64,000 nucleotides of DNA from Mantamonas sphyraenae STR306 (GCA_026936335.1 JAPMXV010000028.1:1-64000); one strand, 5' to 3'. Shown: positions 49,016 to 60,800, numbered from the stretch's first letter. Numbers and translations are program-made. Notes: generated from the sequence alone by a model not told the origin.

Positions 49016-52000
49016 AACGGCCAAGGGCTCCAAGTCGTGTGTGCTGCTGTGAGTTGATGGATGCAAGGGGACCAGAAGAAACTGTGGCTGGCCGCGGGTG
49101 AGAAAGTGGAATGAAAGGCGCACCGAGTGTGAGATTGGCTTCGCAGTGCACAGAAGAGCACCGCACACTGAATGCAAGCGACCTGAAAGCGGGTTTGGCC
49201 ACACGAAGGGTTGTCATTGCGCATGGGCGGGCATCAAAAAAACAAAAAAAACCGTCTCTTTTGAGATTCGCTTGCACGCCGGATCGTCACCAAGAAAGAC
49301 AAAACACCAACTGTTGAACGAGTCTGTACTCTCAAACACACCAACAAACCCCGTGCTTAGGCAAGAAAGCAAAAACCTATTTCTTTCAAGAAACCAACCA
49401 ACACCAAGAAGAATGTCGTCTGAAGGCAAGCAGCAGCAGTCGCAGGCCCAGCAGGGTCAGGGTCAACAGGGCCAGTCGCAGTTCCAGTCTCCGTCTCTGT
49501 ACGTGGGCGATCTGCACCCGGACGTGACGGAGGCAGTTCTCTTTGAGCTGTTTTCGCAGGCCGGCACGGTGCAGAGCATTCGCGTGTGCCGTGACTCGAT
49601 TACGCGCCGTTCTCTCGGCTACGCGTACATCAACTACCAGTCGACGATGGATGGTAGGTTTATGCGGAGGCAGTACAACGTGCAGTGTGCATCGGATGGG
49701 ATGGCGTACGAGGTGTGAGAGAGTGCATGGGTGCGTGTGCGGTGGGGGCAGGGTTTGGTGAGGAATGGCCCTTCGCAAGAACGCTTTCCGGGTAAGGCAG
49801 CGGAGGAAGCGGTCCGGGGCCGAATGCAGGCGGAGGAGGCAGAGGCAGAGGGGACAAGAGACGGATTCGGGAGGAGGCAGGGTGTGGGCAGAGCATGGGG
49901 TGTACGGGTTGCATGAGGGAGCAAGGTGGTGAGCGGGGTAGCAGCGGGCAGAAGTGCATTTTTTCGTGGACGGTGGAAAAATTTGCATGTCCGCTGGAGT
50001 GAACGGCAAAGGGCAAAGAGAATGGGTGTGTAGCAATGACTGACACAACAACAACGGGTGTGGCCTGGTATGAACACACATGACCCCATGGAATGCATGG
50101 CGCGTACATGACACACACACACCACACACACACCACACAGCCGAGCGTGCTCTGGACACGCTGAACTTTACGTCGATCAACGGACAGCCGTGCCGTGTGA
50201 TGTGGTCGCACCGTGACCCGAGCCAGCGCAAGAGCGGCCAGGGCAACATCTTTATCAAGAACCTGGACGAGTCGATCAACAACAAGGCGCTGTACGACGT
50301 GTTCAGCTCGTTCGGAAACATCCTGAGCGCCAAGGTGGCGATGGACCAGCAGGGCAACAGCAAGGGCTACGGCTTTGTGCAGTTTGACAGCGACGAAGGA
50401 GCGCAGAAGGCCATCGACAAGGTGAACGGCATGCTTCTGAACGACAAGAAGGTGTTTGTGGGCCCGTTTGTGCCGAAGAAGGAGAGGCAGAAGAACGGCG
50501 AGCGCAACTTTACCAATGTGTACGTGAAGAACGTGGCACTGGCGGTGACGGAGGAGGAGCTGGAGGAGCTGTTCAGCAAGTACGGCGAGATCACGTCCCT
50601 GGTGATCATGCAGAAGAAGGTGAAGGCCAGCGTGGCACAGAAGCTGCTGGAGGGCAAGGGCAACTCGGAGGGGGAAGAGGACGGCGAAGGAGAGGAGGAG
50701 GAGGAAGAGGGCGAGGAGGGCAAGAAGGAGGGCGAAGAGGGCGAGAAGGAGGAGGCAGGCGCAGATGATGAGGAGATGGTGACGGTGTCGCGGGGCTTTG
50801 GGTTTGTGAACTTCAAGGAGACGTCGGCAGCACGTGCAGCAGTGGACGAGCTGGACGGATTCGAGCTGAAGGGACAGGCATTGACGGTGACGCGTGCGCA
50901 GAAGAAGAGCGAGCGCCAGCAGGAGCTGCAGAAGAAGTTCCAGCAGATGCGTGAGGAGCGTCTGAACCGATACCAGGGCGTGAACGTGTACGTGAAGAAC
51001 CTGGACGACGCAGTGGACGACCAGAAGCTGCGGGAAGAGTTTGCACCGTTTGGAACGATCACGAGCTCCAAGGTGATGGTGGACGAGAAGGGCAACTCGA
51101 AGGGCTTTGGGTTTGTGTGCTTCTCGTCTGCTGAGGAGGCGACCAAGGCAGTGACGGACATGAACGGCAAGCACATCGGACAGAAGCCGATCTACGCGGC
51201 TCTGGCTCAGCGCAAGGAGGTGCGCCGTGCACAGCTGGAGGCGCAGCATGCGCAGCGTCAGAACGCGCTGCGCATCCAGCAGCAGGGGAACATGCAGCAG
51301 CAGAACCAGATGTATGCGCAGCAGGCACAGATGTTCTACCAGCAGCAGGCACAGCAGCAGATGGGACCGAACGGACGTCTGGTGTACAACGTGGTGCCGC
51401 AGTTTGGACGTGGGCAGGGTCAGCAGGGCCAGCAGCAGGGATTTGTGGTGCCGCAGCAGCAGCAGCAGGCTCAGCAGCAGCAACGCCAACAGCGCAACCC
51501 GAACCAGAACGTGCAGAGGCAGCAGGGTGGACAGCAGCAGGGTGGACAGCAGCAGCAGGGTGGCGAGGGTGACAGCATGGAGGCACTGACGATCACGGAG
51601 CTGACGTCTGCAAGCCCCGCCGAGCAGAAGGACATGCTGGGCGACCGTCTGTTCCCGCTGGTGAACGACCTGGAGGAGATCCCGGACATGGACACGGCCG
51701 CCAAGATCACAGGCATGCTTCTGGAGATGGACAACTTTGAGCTGCTCCATCTGCTGGAGGTGCCCGAGGCACTGGCAGCCAAGGTTGGCGAGGCGCAGAA
51801 GGTGCTGCAGGCTCACATGCAGCAGCAGGGCGGTGAGCAGTAAGGAGGCTGCTGCGGAGGAGAGAGGAGGAGGAGGAGGAGGAGGAGGAGGAAGGTGGGG
51901 AGGGCAACCGGGAATTGGCACGGCGGCCAGGCACGCTGGAGAACACTCTGGGATGACAAGGAGTGGCTTGTGTGTGACCTGTGAGGCAGGGTGCAGCCCG

Positions 52001-52722
52001 GCCAAGGCTGGTTTTTGGGTGGGACGTGAGGAGAGGAGTTTGGGAGAGGGTGGCGGAGGAGGGAGGGAGGGGCACACAGGACAGGTGTCCAGGTGCATGG
52101 CGGGTGTTTTGGCCAAGTGCTTTGTGGGGACATGCAGAGATGAAGGAGCCCAACAACAAGAAAGGCGGGGGCGAGCGGCGGCGAGGAAGCCACAAGCCAA
52201 TGAGCAACGATGAGCGATGACGAACGGTGGGCAGAGCGTATGGCGCACTAGGGTGTGCGAGAGTGATGCACATGGTGGGAATCGCAGGTGCTCGGCAAGG
52301 CGGAGGCGAGGGGGCTCGCACGCGCAGGAGGAGCGCGCGGTCGGACGGCGGAGCAACAAGAGCAACCCGAGAACACGAACGAGCGCGTAGGGTGAGATCA
52401 AGAAGCATGACCAGGAAGCAGGAGGCACTTTTGTGTCTGCATCTGGGTGACTAGGGTGGGGTGTGGAGGGAGGAAGGGGAGGGGGAGGGGGACGGAGGGA
52501 TGGGAGATGGGAGGAAAGAGAGCGGGAAGGAGCACAGGATGGCCTCGAAGCATGAGCTACGGAGCACAAGAACAAGAGATGCACAAGTGGCGGCGTGGAG
52601 AGGCCAAGGGAGAGACACGGGCAGTGAAGAGAGGTGAGATGTGGAGGAGTGGAGAAGAGATGTGTGGTGACGAGAGTGAGAATGGTGAAATGGAGCGTCC
52701 ATCCACAGCAACAACGAGGTGA

Positions 52723-52754
<32 letters not shown>

Positions 52755-52911
52755 GGGGTGGGGATGGGGGCGTGGGTGTGTCGTTCATTTGGGCGATGGG
52801 CAGGGCGGCCGGAGCAGCGTCGGACGCTCAGGGTCAGAGAAGCTGAAAGACAACAAACCATGACACCCCGTTGAGGAGAAGATAGCCGACGCGAGCAAAG
52901 AAGGAGAATCC
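49016..52911 (+). repeat. Inverted segmental duplication, left arm (~3.9 kb)
   Basis: Reverse complement of 57866-61753 with only scattered SNPs and microsatellite-length differences. Confidence 0.95.
49413..51843 (+). CDS. PABP: Cytoplasmic poly(A)-binding protein, copy 1
   Basis: Four RRMs ([39 protein letters not shown]), Q-rich linker, MLLE (KITGMLLE). Intron 49654-50140. Confidence 0.96.
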
Positions 52912-54360
52912 TCGCCGGCGAGGAAACCAGGCCAAAGTGGCAAAGGTAAGTAGCACGGCAAAGGCATAGACAAGGAGATGTGTTTTGCGGTGGGGCAACC
53001 TGCAGATGGAATAACTTAATCGCACTCTGCTGTGTGCATCCGAAGAGATGGACAAAAGGCCGACCATGGGGCGGTCTTGTCCTTGCAGCCAGCTGAAAGT
53101 GCCTACGGTATGTTCTGTGGCGCCCGAGGTGTGTTGATGACGGCAATGATCGTGGTCGTCTCCGGAGAACACATGCGAGGGCCGGATATGCTTGAGAATA
53201 GCCTCAGTGGTAGGTTTGCTGAGCAGGTTTTCGTACGAGACACCCATGCCATAGTGGAGTGGAATCGAGTCTCGTTCGCTGCCACACTGTTGCTCCCCGG
53301 GCTCCCTGTGCAGGGGGACGTGTGTAAGCAAGACACGCGGCTGCATGCACCGAGGGTCAGATTGTCGACGAAGAGTTGCATGGCAGGACGAATCGAGGAT
53401 AAAGTGCTCCGTAGCGTTGCTGCCAGCCCGCGGAGAGTCCACGTAGTCGAGACAGGAGGCACAGATGGCCACAAAGGAGACATTGAAGAGGGAAACCTCA
53501 TAGTTGAGGGGTGCAAAGTGAGTGCGGTAGTTCTCCACGCTACGCTGGGTCTGCCAGCGGTCAAAGCCCACGTCGTGGTTCCCCGGGATGAAAAGCACCT
53601 TTGGGTGCGACTGTGGACGTGTATCCATGCCAACGCAACCAGGAAACACCCGCGTGAACCGCTGATACTCATGTTCGTACTCTGCTGTGCCCCAAACGCG
53701 TCCTCCGTCAAAAAGATCTCCCAGGAAGATGATGGCGTCGGGGTCCAAAACCCCAGTCACCGCTGCAAAGCCTCGACGCATGTACTGATCCGAAAAGTGC
53801 TGCACGAGTTGCAACAGCACATGGCTTTCGATTCCGTACGAGTAAGCGTCGGTGAGCTGAGGGTCTGCGACCAGAGCAATGTGTTTGGAGCGCCAAGGTC
53901 GTTGCGCAAGCTGTGCTTCGTTTGCAAGGCGTCTGTGTCCAAACAAAGTGTTTCCGAATGCTTGATTGGACGTGTCACTTTGTCTCATCTCATCACGCAG
54001 CTGTTCAATGGATTCTTCACTGTTGGCACGTCCCTGTTGGGCCTGGATCCGCTCGTGCAACTCGGAAAGGGGGATGGTCTCTTCCTCGGCCCCTGGCCAG
54101 TGGCAAGTGAACATTGCCGCCGGATAGACCAGCCATTCGATGTAAAGGACAATCAAAAACCAAGAACACAGCAAAACCAGGAGAGGGCGGTCACGTGCCA
54201 ACTTGCCAGCCCGTGTGGCATGTCTAGGACGCACGGAGCGCTCTTTCAGCCCGTTCTGGTCTTCCTGCACATCCTGTCGCACCACTGGCAGTTCAAACAC
54301 AACGTCACCATCCCTCGGGGAGGAACCTTGGATATGGCGTCGCGAGGTTGCCGAGCGCAT
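52834..54360 (-). CDS. MPPE1: Metallophosphoesterase (MPPE1/PGAP5/Cdc1-like)
   Basis: VADPQL, FLGDLFDGGR, PGNHDVG, LLTHVPL, FSGDDHDHC, HTVGTFSW; N- and C-terminal TM segments. Confidence 0.85.
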   Translation of the reverse strand: MRSATSRRHIQGSSPRDGDVVFELPVVRQDVQEDQNGLKERSVRPRHATRAGKLARDRPLLVLLCSWFLIVLYIEWLVYPAAMFTCHWPGAEEETIPLSELHERIQAQQGRANSEESIEQLRDEMRQSDTSNQAFGNTLFGHRRLANEAQLAQRPWRSKHIALVADPQLTDAYSYGIESHVLLQLVQHFSDQYMRRGFAAVTGVLDPDAIIFLGDLFDGGRVWGTAEYEHEYQRFTRVFPGCVGMDTRPQSHPKVLFIPGNHDVGFDRWQTQRSVENYRTHFAPLNYEVSLFNVSFVAICASCLDYVDSPRAGSNATEHFILDSSCHATLRRQSDPRCMQPRVLLTHVPLHREPGEQQCGSERDSIPLHYGMGVSYENLLSKPTTEAILKHIRPSHVFSGDDHDHCRHQHTSGATEHTVGTFSWLQGQDRPMVGLLSISSDAHSRVRLSYSICRLPHRKTHLLVYAFAVLLTFATLAWFPRRRGFSFFARVGYLLLNGVSWFVVFQLL

Positions 54361-54449
54361 GTCCGAGGGGGTTGCGTAGTGGTTGTTGGCGCAATGGTGC
54401 GGCAGCTCCACCAGCCGCCCCACCCTGGAATCCACTCACAGTTCCGTGC

Positions 54450-55721
54450 ATGAGCCAGCCCGTTGCCGACATTGGCTCGCTCTTTGCAGCGTCTGCATCG
54501 GCCATTGCACAGGTGTTTGTGGTCTGCCTCTTGGGTTTCCTCGTTGCCAAGAAGGGCATGTTTGACGAGGCTCAACAAAGGTTCACCAGCTCCCTCATCT
54601 TCAATGTCTTTCTCCCTGGACTCCTCTTTGGCAACATTGCACGTGCCCTTTCGCCCGAGAAGCTCGCGCTTCTGTGGATTTTCCCCGTGTGTTCCTTCCT
54701 CTACATGGCCCTCTCATCCCTCATGGCTACTCTCCTGTTTGAGCGTCTGTTTCCTGGTCCTGACCGAGCGCTCTCCAGTGCCTTTGTCGTCGCCTCGAGC
54801 GTGCAGAACCAGGGGTACTTGCCGTTGGCGATCGTCGCAGCCGTTGCCGGTCCCGGCAGACCCTTTTCCGAAGAGGAAGGCGCAGAGGGCATTGCCTTCA
54901 TTTCCATGTTTTTCATTCTGGGCTCATTTGGCCTTTGGGCGTGGGGCTTCAACCGCATCTCCTCGCGCAAAGAACACACAGAGACCGAAAGCGCTGGCCG
55001 CGACACTTCCATCCTGGGAATTGCCAAGGATCTGTGCACCAAACCACCCATTGTGGCCATGTTCTTGTCGCCGCTTGGCCTTATCCCCGGATTCAACGAT
55101 CTGCTCTTTGGTCCTGGAGGTGGGCTTCAGTGGCTCGGCTCCGCAATCGACTCCCTGGGCCAAGGAGCCATCCCGCTCAGCCTGCTCGTGCTCGGCGGCA
55201 ACCTCGCCTTTGTTCCGCTGCCTCCCAAGTGGACACAGTGGATGCATCGTCGGCCTACGCGCAATGCCTCGGTGCAGCCTGCAGCAATGTCCACCGTCGA
55301 GGCGCTGCCGGTGGTTTCGTCGAAAGAGGCTGCCGCGTGGACGGATTCTGCAGACGAGATCGAGCAGGAGCTGAACGATGAGCAGGAAGATGGGCAACCC
55401 GCTAAACGCAAGCAACTGCAGCTGACAGCAGGGAATTTTGCAAGTGTCATGGGCATCCGGTACCTGTTCGCGCCGGGTGTGGCCTTTTCCCTCGTCCAGC
55501 TGGTTCTGCTGTTGCCCTTTGTCGACACCACAAATCGAATGGTTAAATTTGTGCTTTTGATTGAAGGTGTGACCCCCACGGCCATGAACATGGCTGTGTT
55601 GACCCAACTGACACACACAGGGGAGCTGGAAGTTTCTGCCCTCATGTTTGTACAGTACGTCAGCGGAATCATCATTCTCACCCTATGGACGTTTCTCATT
55701 CTCGTATACAGCACCCAGTGA
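54450..55721 (+). CDS. Auxin efflux carrier family (PILS/ECM3-like) transporter
   Basis: About 10 TMs; NVFLPGLLF, QNQGYLPLAIV, GQGAIPLSLLVLGGNL, PTAMNM. Confidence 0.85.
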   Translation: MSQPVADIGSLFAASASAIAQVFVVCLLGFLVAKKGMFDEAQQRFTSSLIFNVFLPGLLFGNIARALSPEKLALLWIFPVCSFLYMALSSLMATLLFERLFPGPDRALSSAFVVASSVQNQGYLPLAIVAAVAGPGRPFSEEEGAEGIAFISMFFILGSFGLWAWGFNRISSRKEHTETESAGRDTSILGIAKDLCTKPPIVAMFLSPLGLIPGFNDLLFGPGGGLQWLGSAIDSLGQGAIPLSLLVLGGNLAFVPLPPKWTQWMHRRPTRNASVQPAAMSTVEALPVVSSKEAAAWTDSADEIEQELNDEQEDGQPAKRKQLQLTAGNFASVMGIRYLFAPGVAFSLVQLVLLLPFVDTTNRMVKFVLLIEGVTPTAMNMAVLTQLTHTGELEVSALMFVQYVSGIIILTLWTFLILVYSTQ

Positions 55722-55761
55722 CGGCATCCAGTCAAAAATGCACTTCAATTTCATTTCAGTT

Positions 55762-56632
55762 TCAATTTTGCAGCTGCTGCAATCTTGCCTCCAACGCGTG
55801 CACTTTGCTCTCCAACAGCGCCACTCTCGCTTCAAGTTCAATCTGGCTCTCTTCCGGCACATCCTCTACGGCATCTTTCACGACGTTGCTGCTACTGCTC
55901 TTGGTTTCACCCAGGTGTTCGTCGAAAAAGGATTGCAGCTCCGGCACCGTCTTGCCCTTTGTGTAGGGCACGGTTTCCTCCCCAGTGAACAGTTTGATGG
56001 TGGGGTACGCTTGTACGCTGTTGCGCTGGCAGAACTGCTTCTGCTCGTCAGTGCCCGAGCAGTGACACTCCGCAAACACAACCCGGTCGGCAAAGTGAGC
56101 CGCCAACTTTTGGTAGTCCTTCTTCAGTGCCTTGCAGTGGGTACACCACTCCTCGTAGAACTTCATCAACACAGGCTTTCCCGTCTTGTCGATGCCATCA
56201 AAAAGATCCAGCGAGCTGGTAAACACCTGCACGGGGTCCACAGAGGGTGCGGGCGCCATCTTGAACCGGATAAACTCTTCGATGGTTTGGGGATCCTGTG
56301 CCAGCTGATACTTTCTCAATTCCACTCTCGGTGGTGCTGATGAACAGGTGAGGATAGTCCTGAAAGCCAGCCTCTTGGATGTCGTTGCGATTTTCCGGAC
56401 GCGTGGCGTCGCACTTGTAGAACGGAAGCACCGTGTGCAGCTTCTCCGAAAGTGGCTCCAGCATCCTCACCGTATCCAAACTTGATGGGTGGTCGCTGCT
56501 GTAGAACACCACAAACTTGGGCTGATTGGACGTCTTCAACGACGAAAAGGACTGCTCAACCACAGCCGCTCGGGCCTTCTGGACGCAAAGCACATTCAAC
56601 AAGAGCACCAGTGTGACCACAAACACAGCCAT
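55762..56632 (-). CDS. Secretory two-thioredoxin-domain (PDI-like) protein with an apparent +1 frameshift at 56311-56314
   Basis: Signal peptide, a first Trx domain lacking CxxC, a second Trx domain with WCTHC and YPTIKLF, and a C-terminal coiled coil. The two halves lie in different frames. Confidence 0.75.
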
Positions 56633-56714
56633 GTGACTTGGCGCCTTTCCAACAGGGTTGGTTGCTGTGTGCAGGCCAATGCGCTTCTTCGACCACAACT
56701 CCGTGAGTGACCCC

Positions 56715-57839
56715 ATGTTTGCGCGCAGTTCTGGTGGCCGTCGCGCATGTCTGCCCACCTGTCTGTCGCTCCGCCGTGGAATGTCTACGCTGGTCAACAC
56801 AGAGGATGACAAGAAGATCAACGACCTCGTCGAGGGGGTTGTCAACGGCAACCGGACGGCGTTGAGCAGAGCAATCACTCTTGTGGAGTCCACCAAATGG
56901 GCACACATGTCCAACGCCTCCCTCATGATGACCAAGCTACTTCAATACCGCAATGAGCAGTTGGATGCCAACGAACAGTCCCCTGCAGTGCGCATTGGCA
57001 TCTCTGGTTCTCCAGGAGTCGGGAAGAGCACTTTTATCAACCGCTTTGGCTCGTACTTGACTGGAAAGGGACACAAGGTGGCCGTCATGGCTGTTGACCC
57101 CACCTCTTCACTCACAGGTGGCTCCATTATGGGAGACAAGACCCGCATGATCGATTTGGCACGCGATCCCAACGCGTTTGTCCGGCCGTCCAAAACCGCC
57201 GGCACGTTGGGAGGAGTGGGTCGAAACACAAACGAGACCATTCTACTATTTGAAGCGGCTGGATACGACACAGTGCTCGTGGAAACGGTTGGTGTGGGCC
57301 AGAGTGAGGTCGCCGTTGCGCAGATGACGGACACTTTCCTCCTGCTGATGTCTCCGGGCACGGGCGACGAGCTCCAGGGAATCAAGCGCGGCATCATGGA
57401 GCTTGCCGATGTGATTGTTGTCAACAAGGCAGACGGGGAACTTGAGAACGCAGCCCGCATCACAGCCAGCGAGTTTATGCGCGCTTTAAAGTTCCAACGA
57501 CCCCGAACCAAGTTTTGGACGCCTCAGGTGCTGCGAGTGTCGGCTCTCAACGAGAGCAGCGAAGAGCGTGTGAACAACATGGACGACGTGTGGAACACAC
57601 TCCTCGACATGCACTCGCTGATGGTCGACAACGGATTCCTGGACAGCAATCGCGCAAAGCAACGCATCCAATGGATGCACAAGTATCTCCAGGACACGGT
57701 GATGGACAGACTCCTTCGCAGCGACGACAATGCCGTTCTCGTCAAATCCATCGAGAGCGATTTGGCAAAGGGGCTTGTGTCTCCGCGCTTTGCCGCTGAG
57801 TCTCTCTTCACCAAACTTGGCATGGGCGCGCCCCAGTAA
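56715..57839 (+). CDS. MMAA: Methylmalonic aciduria type A GTPase (MeaB/ArgK)
   Basis: Mitochondrial-type leader; LSRAITLVES, GISGSPGVGKS, VDPTS, GDKTRM, ETVGVGQSE, GDELQGIKRG, NKAD. Confidence 0.95.
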   Translation: MFARSSGGRRACLPTCLSLRRGMSTLVNTEDDKKINDLVEGVVNGNRTALSRAITLVESTKWAHMSNASLMMTKLLQYRNEQLDANEQSPAVRIGISGSPGVGKSTFINRFGSYLTGKGHKVAVMAVDPTSSLTGGSIMGDKTRMIDLARDPNAFVRPSKTAGTLGGVGRNTNETILLFEAAGYDTVLVETVGVGQSEVAVAQMTDTFLLLMSPGTGDELQGIKRGIMELADVIVVNKADGELENAARITASEFMRALKFQRPRTKFWTPQVLRVSALNESSEERVNNMDDVWNTLLDMHSLMVDNGFLDSNRAKQRIQWMHKYLQDTVMDRLLRSDDNAVLVKSIESDLAKGLVSPRFAAESLFTKLGMGAPQ

Positions 57840-57865
57840 AAACGAACCCATCAGCAAGGAAATGT

Positions 57866-60800
57866 GGATTCTCCTTCTTTGCTCGCGTCGGCTATCTTCT
57901 CCTCAACGGGGTGTCATGGTTTGTTGTCTTTCAGCTTCTCTGACCCTGAGCGTCCGACGCTGCTCCGGCCGCCCTGCCCATCGCCCAAATGAACGACACA
58001 CCCACGCCCCCATCCCCACCCCCTACACACACACACACACACACACACACATTCACCTCGTTGTTGCTGTGGATGGACGCTCCATTTCACCATTCTCACT
58101 CTCGTCACCACACATCTCTTCTCCACTCCTCCACATCTCACCTCTCTTCACTGCCCGTGTCTCTCCCTTGGCCTCTCCACGCCGCCACTTGTGCATCTCT
58201 TGTTCTTGTGCTCCGTAGCTCATGCTTCGAGGCCATCCTGTGCTCCTTCCCGCTCTCTTTCCTCCCATCTCCCATCCCTCCGTCCCCCTCCCCCTCCCCT
58301 TCCTCCCTCCACACCCCACCCTAGTCACCCAGATGCAGACACAAAAGTGCCTCCTGCTTCCTGGTCATGCTTCTTGATCTCACCCTACGCGCTCGTTCGT
58401 GTTCTCGGGTTGCTCTTGTTGCTCCGCCGTCCGACCGCGCGCTCCTCCTGCGCGTGCGAGCCCCCTCGCCTCCGCCTTGCCGAGCACCTGCGATTCCCAC
58501 CATGTGCATCACTCTCGCACACCCTAGTGTGCCATACGCTCTGCCCACCGTTCGTCATCGCTCATCGTTGCTCATTGGCTTGTGGCTTCCTCGCCGCCGC
58601 TCGCCCCCGCCTTTCTTGTTGTTGGGCTCCTTCATCTCTGCATGTCCCCACAAAGCACTTGGCCAAAACACCCGCCATGCACCTGGACACCTGTCCTGTG
58701 TGCCCCTCCCTCCCTCCTCCGCCACCCTCTCCCAAACTCCTCTCCTCACGTCCCACCCAAAAACCAGCCTTGGCCGGGCTGCACCCTGCCTCACAGGTCA
58801 CACACAAGCCACTCCTTGTCATCCCAGAGTGTTCTCCAGCGTGCCTGGCCGCCGTGCCAATTCCCGGTTGCCCTCCCCACCTTTCCTCCTCCTCCTCCTC
58901 CTCCTCTCTCCTCCGCAGCAGCCTCCTTACTGCTCACCGCCCTGCTGCTGCATGTGAGCCTGCAGCACCTTCTGCGCCTCGCCAACCTTGGCTGCCAGTG
59001 CCTCGGGCACCTCCAGCAGATGAAGCAGCTCAAAGTTGTCCATCTCCAGAAGCATGCCTGTGATCTTGGCGGCCGTGTCCATGTCCGGGATCTCCTCCAG
59101 GTCGTTCACCAGCGGGAACAGACGGTCGCCCAGCATGTCCTTCTGCTCGGCGGGGCTTGCAGACGTCAGCTCCGTGATCGTCAGTGCCTCCATGCTGTCA
59201 CCCTCGCCACCCTGCTGCTGCTGTCCACCCTGCTGCTGTCCACCCTGCTGCCTCTGCACGTTCTGGTTCGGGTTGCGCTGTTGGCGTTGCTGCTGCTGAG
59301 CCTGCTGCTGCTGCTGCGGCACCACAAATCCCTGCTGCTGGCCCTGCTGACCCTGCCCACGTCCAAACTGCGGCACCACGTTGTACACCAGACGTCCGTT
59401 CGGTCCCATCTGCTGCTGTGCCTGCTGCTGGTAGAACATCTGTGCCTGCTGCGCATACATCTGGTTCTGCTGCTGCATGTTCCCCTGCTGCTGGATGCGC
59501 AGCGCGTTCTGACGCTGCGCATGCTGCGCCTCCAGCTGTGCACGGCGCACCTCCTTGCGCTGAGCCAGAGCCGCGTAGATCGGCTTCTGTCCGATGTGCT
59601 TGCCGTTCATGTCCGTCACTGCCTTGGTCGCCTCCTCAGCAGACGAGAAGCACACAAACCCAAAGCCCTTCGAGTTGCCCTTCTCGTCCACCATCACCTT
59701 GGAGCTCGTGATCGTTCCAAACGGTGCAAACTCTTCCCGCAGCTTCTGGTCGTCCACTGCGTCGTCCAGGTTCTTCACGTAAACGTTCACGCCCTGGTAT
59801 CGGTTCAGACGCTCCTCGCGCATCTGCTGGAACTTCTTCTGCAGCTCCTGCTGGCGCTCGCTCTTCTTCTGCGCACGCGTCACCGTCAATGCCTGTCCCT
59901 TCAGCTCGAATCCGTCCAGCTCGTCCACTGCTGCACGTGCTGCCGACGTCTCCTTGAAGTTCACAAACCCAAAGCCCCGCGACACCGTCACCATCTCCTC
60001 ATCATCTGCGCCTGCCTCCTCCTTCTCGCCCTCTTCGCCCTCCTTCTTGCCCTCCTCGCCCTCTTCCTCCTCCTCCTCTCCTTCGCCGTCCTCTTCCCCC
60101 TCCGAGTTGCCCTTGCCCTCCAGCAGCTTCTGTGCCACGCTGGCCTTCACCTTCTTCTGCATGATCACCAGGGACGTGATCTCGCCGTACTTGCTGAACA
60201 GCTCCTCCAGCTCCTCCTCCGTCACCGCCAGTGCCACGTTCTTCACGTACACATTGGTAAAGTTGCGCTCGCCGTTCTTCTGCCTCTCCTTCTTCGGCAC
60301 AAACGGGCCCACAAACACCTTCTTGTCGTTCAGAAGCATGCCGTTCACCTTGTCGATGGCCTTCTGCGCTCCTTCGTCGCTGTCAAACTGCACAAAGCCG
60401 TAGCCCTTGCTGTTGCCCTGCTGGTCCATCGCCACCTTGGCGCTCAGGATGTTCCCGAACGAGCTGAACACGTCGTACAGCGCCTTGTTGTTGATCGACT
60501 CGTCCAGGTTCTTGATAAAGATGTTGCCCTGGCCGCTCTTGCGCTGGCTCGGGTCACGGTGCGACCACATCACACGGCACGGCTGTCCGTTGATCGACGT
60601 AAAGTTCAGCGTGTCCAGAGCACGCTCGGCTGTGTGGTGTGTGTGTGGTGTGTGTGTGTCATGTACGCGCCATGCATTCCATGGGGTCATGTGTGTTCAT
60701 ACCAGGCCACACCCGTTGTTGTTGTGTCAGTCATTGCTACACACCCATTCTCTTTGCCCTTTGCCGTTCACTCCAGCGGACATGCAAATTTTTCCACCGT

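Noticed and set aside
51844-52833. Protein-coding potential in the GA-rich kilobase after PABP
   Set aside because: Low-complexity sequence with microsatellites and a frame-breaking indel between the two copies; best read as 3' UTR or intergenic.
56296-56311. 16-nt GT-AG micro-intron in the thioredoxin gene
   Set aside because: Disfavoured: splicing would delete the conserved Tyr segment that aligns with the second Trx domain, and the confident introns here are much longer. Not formally excluded.
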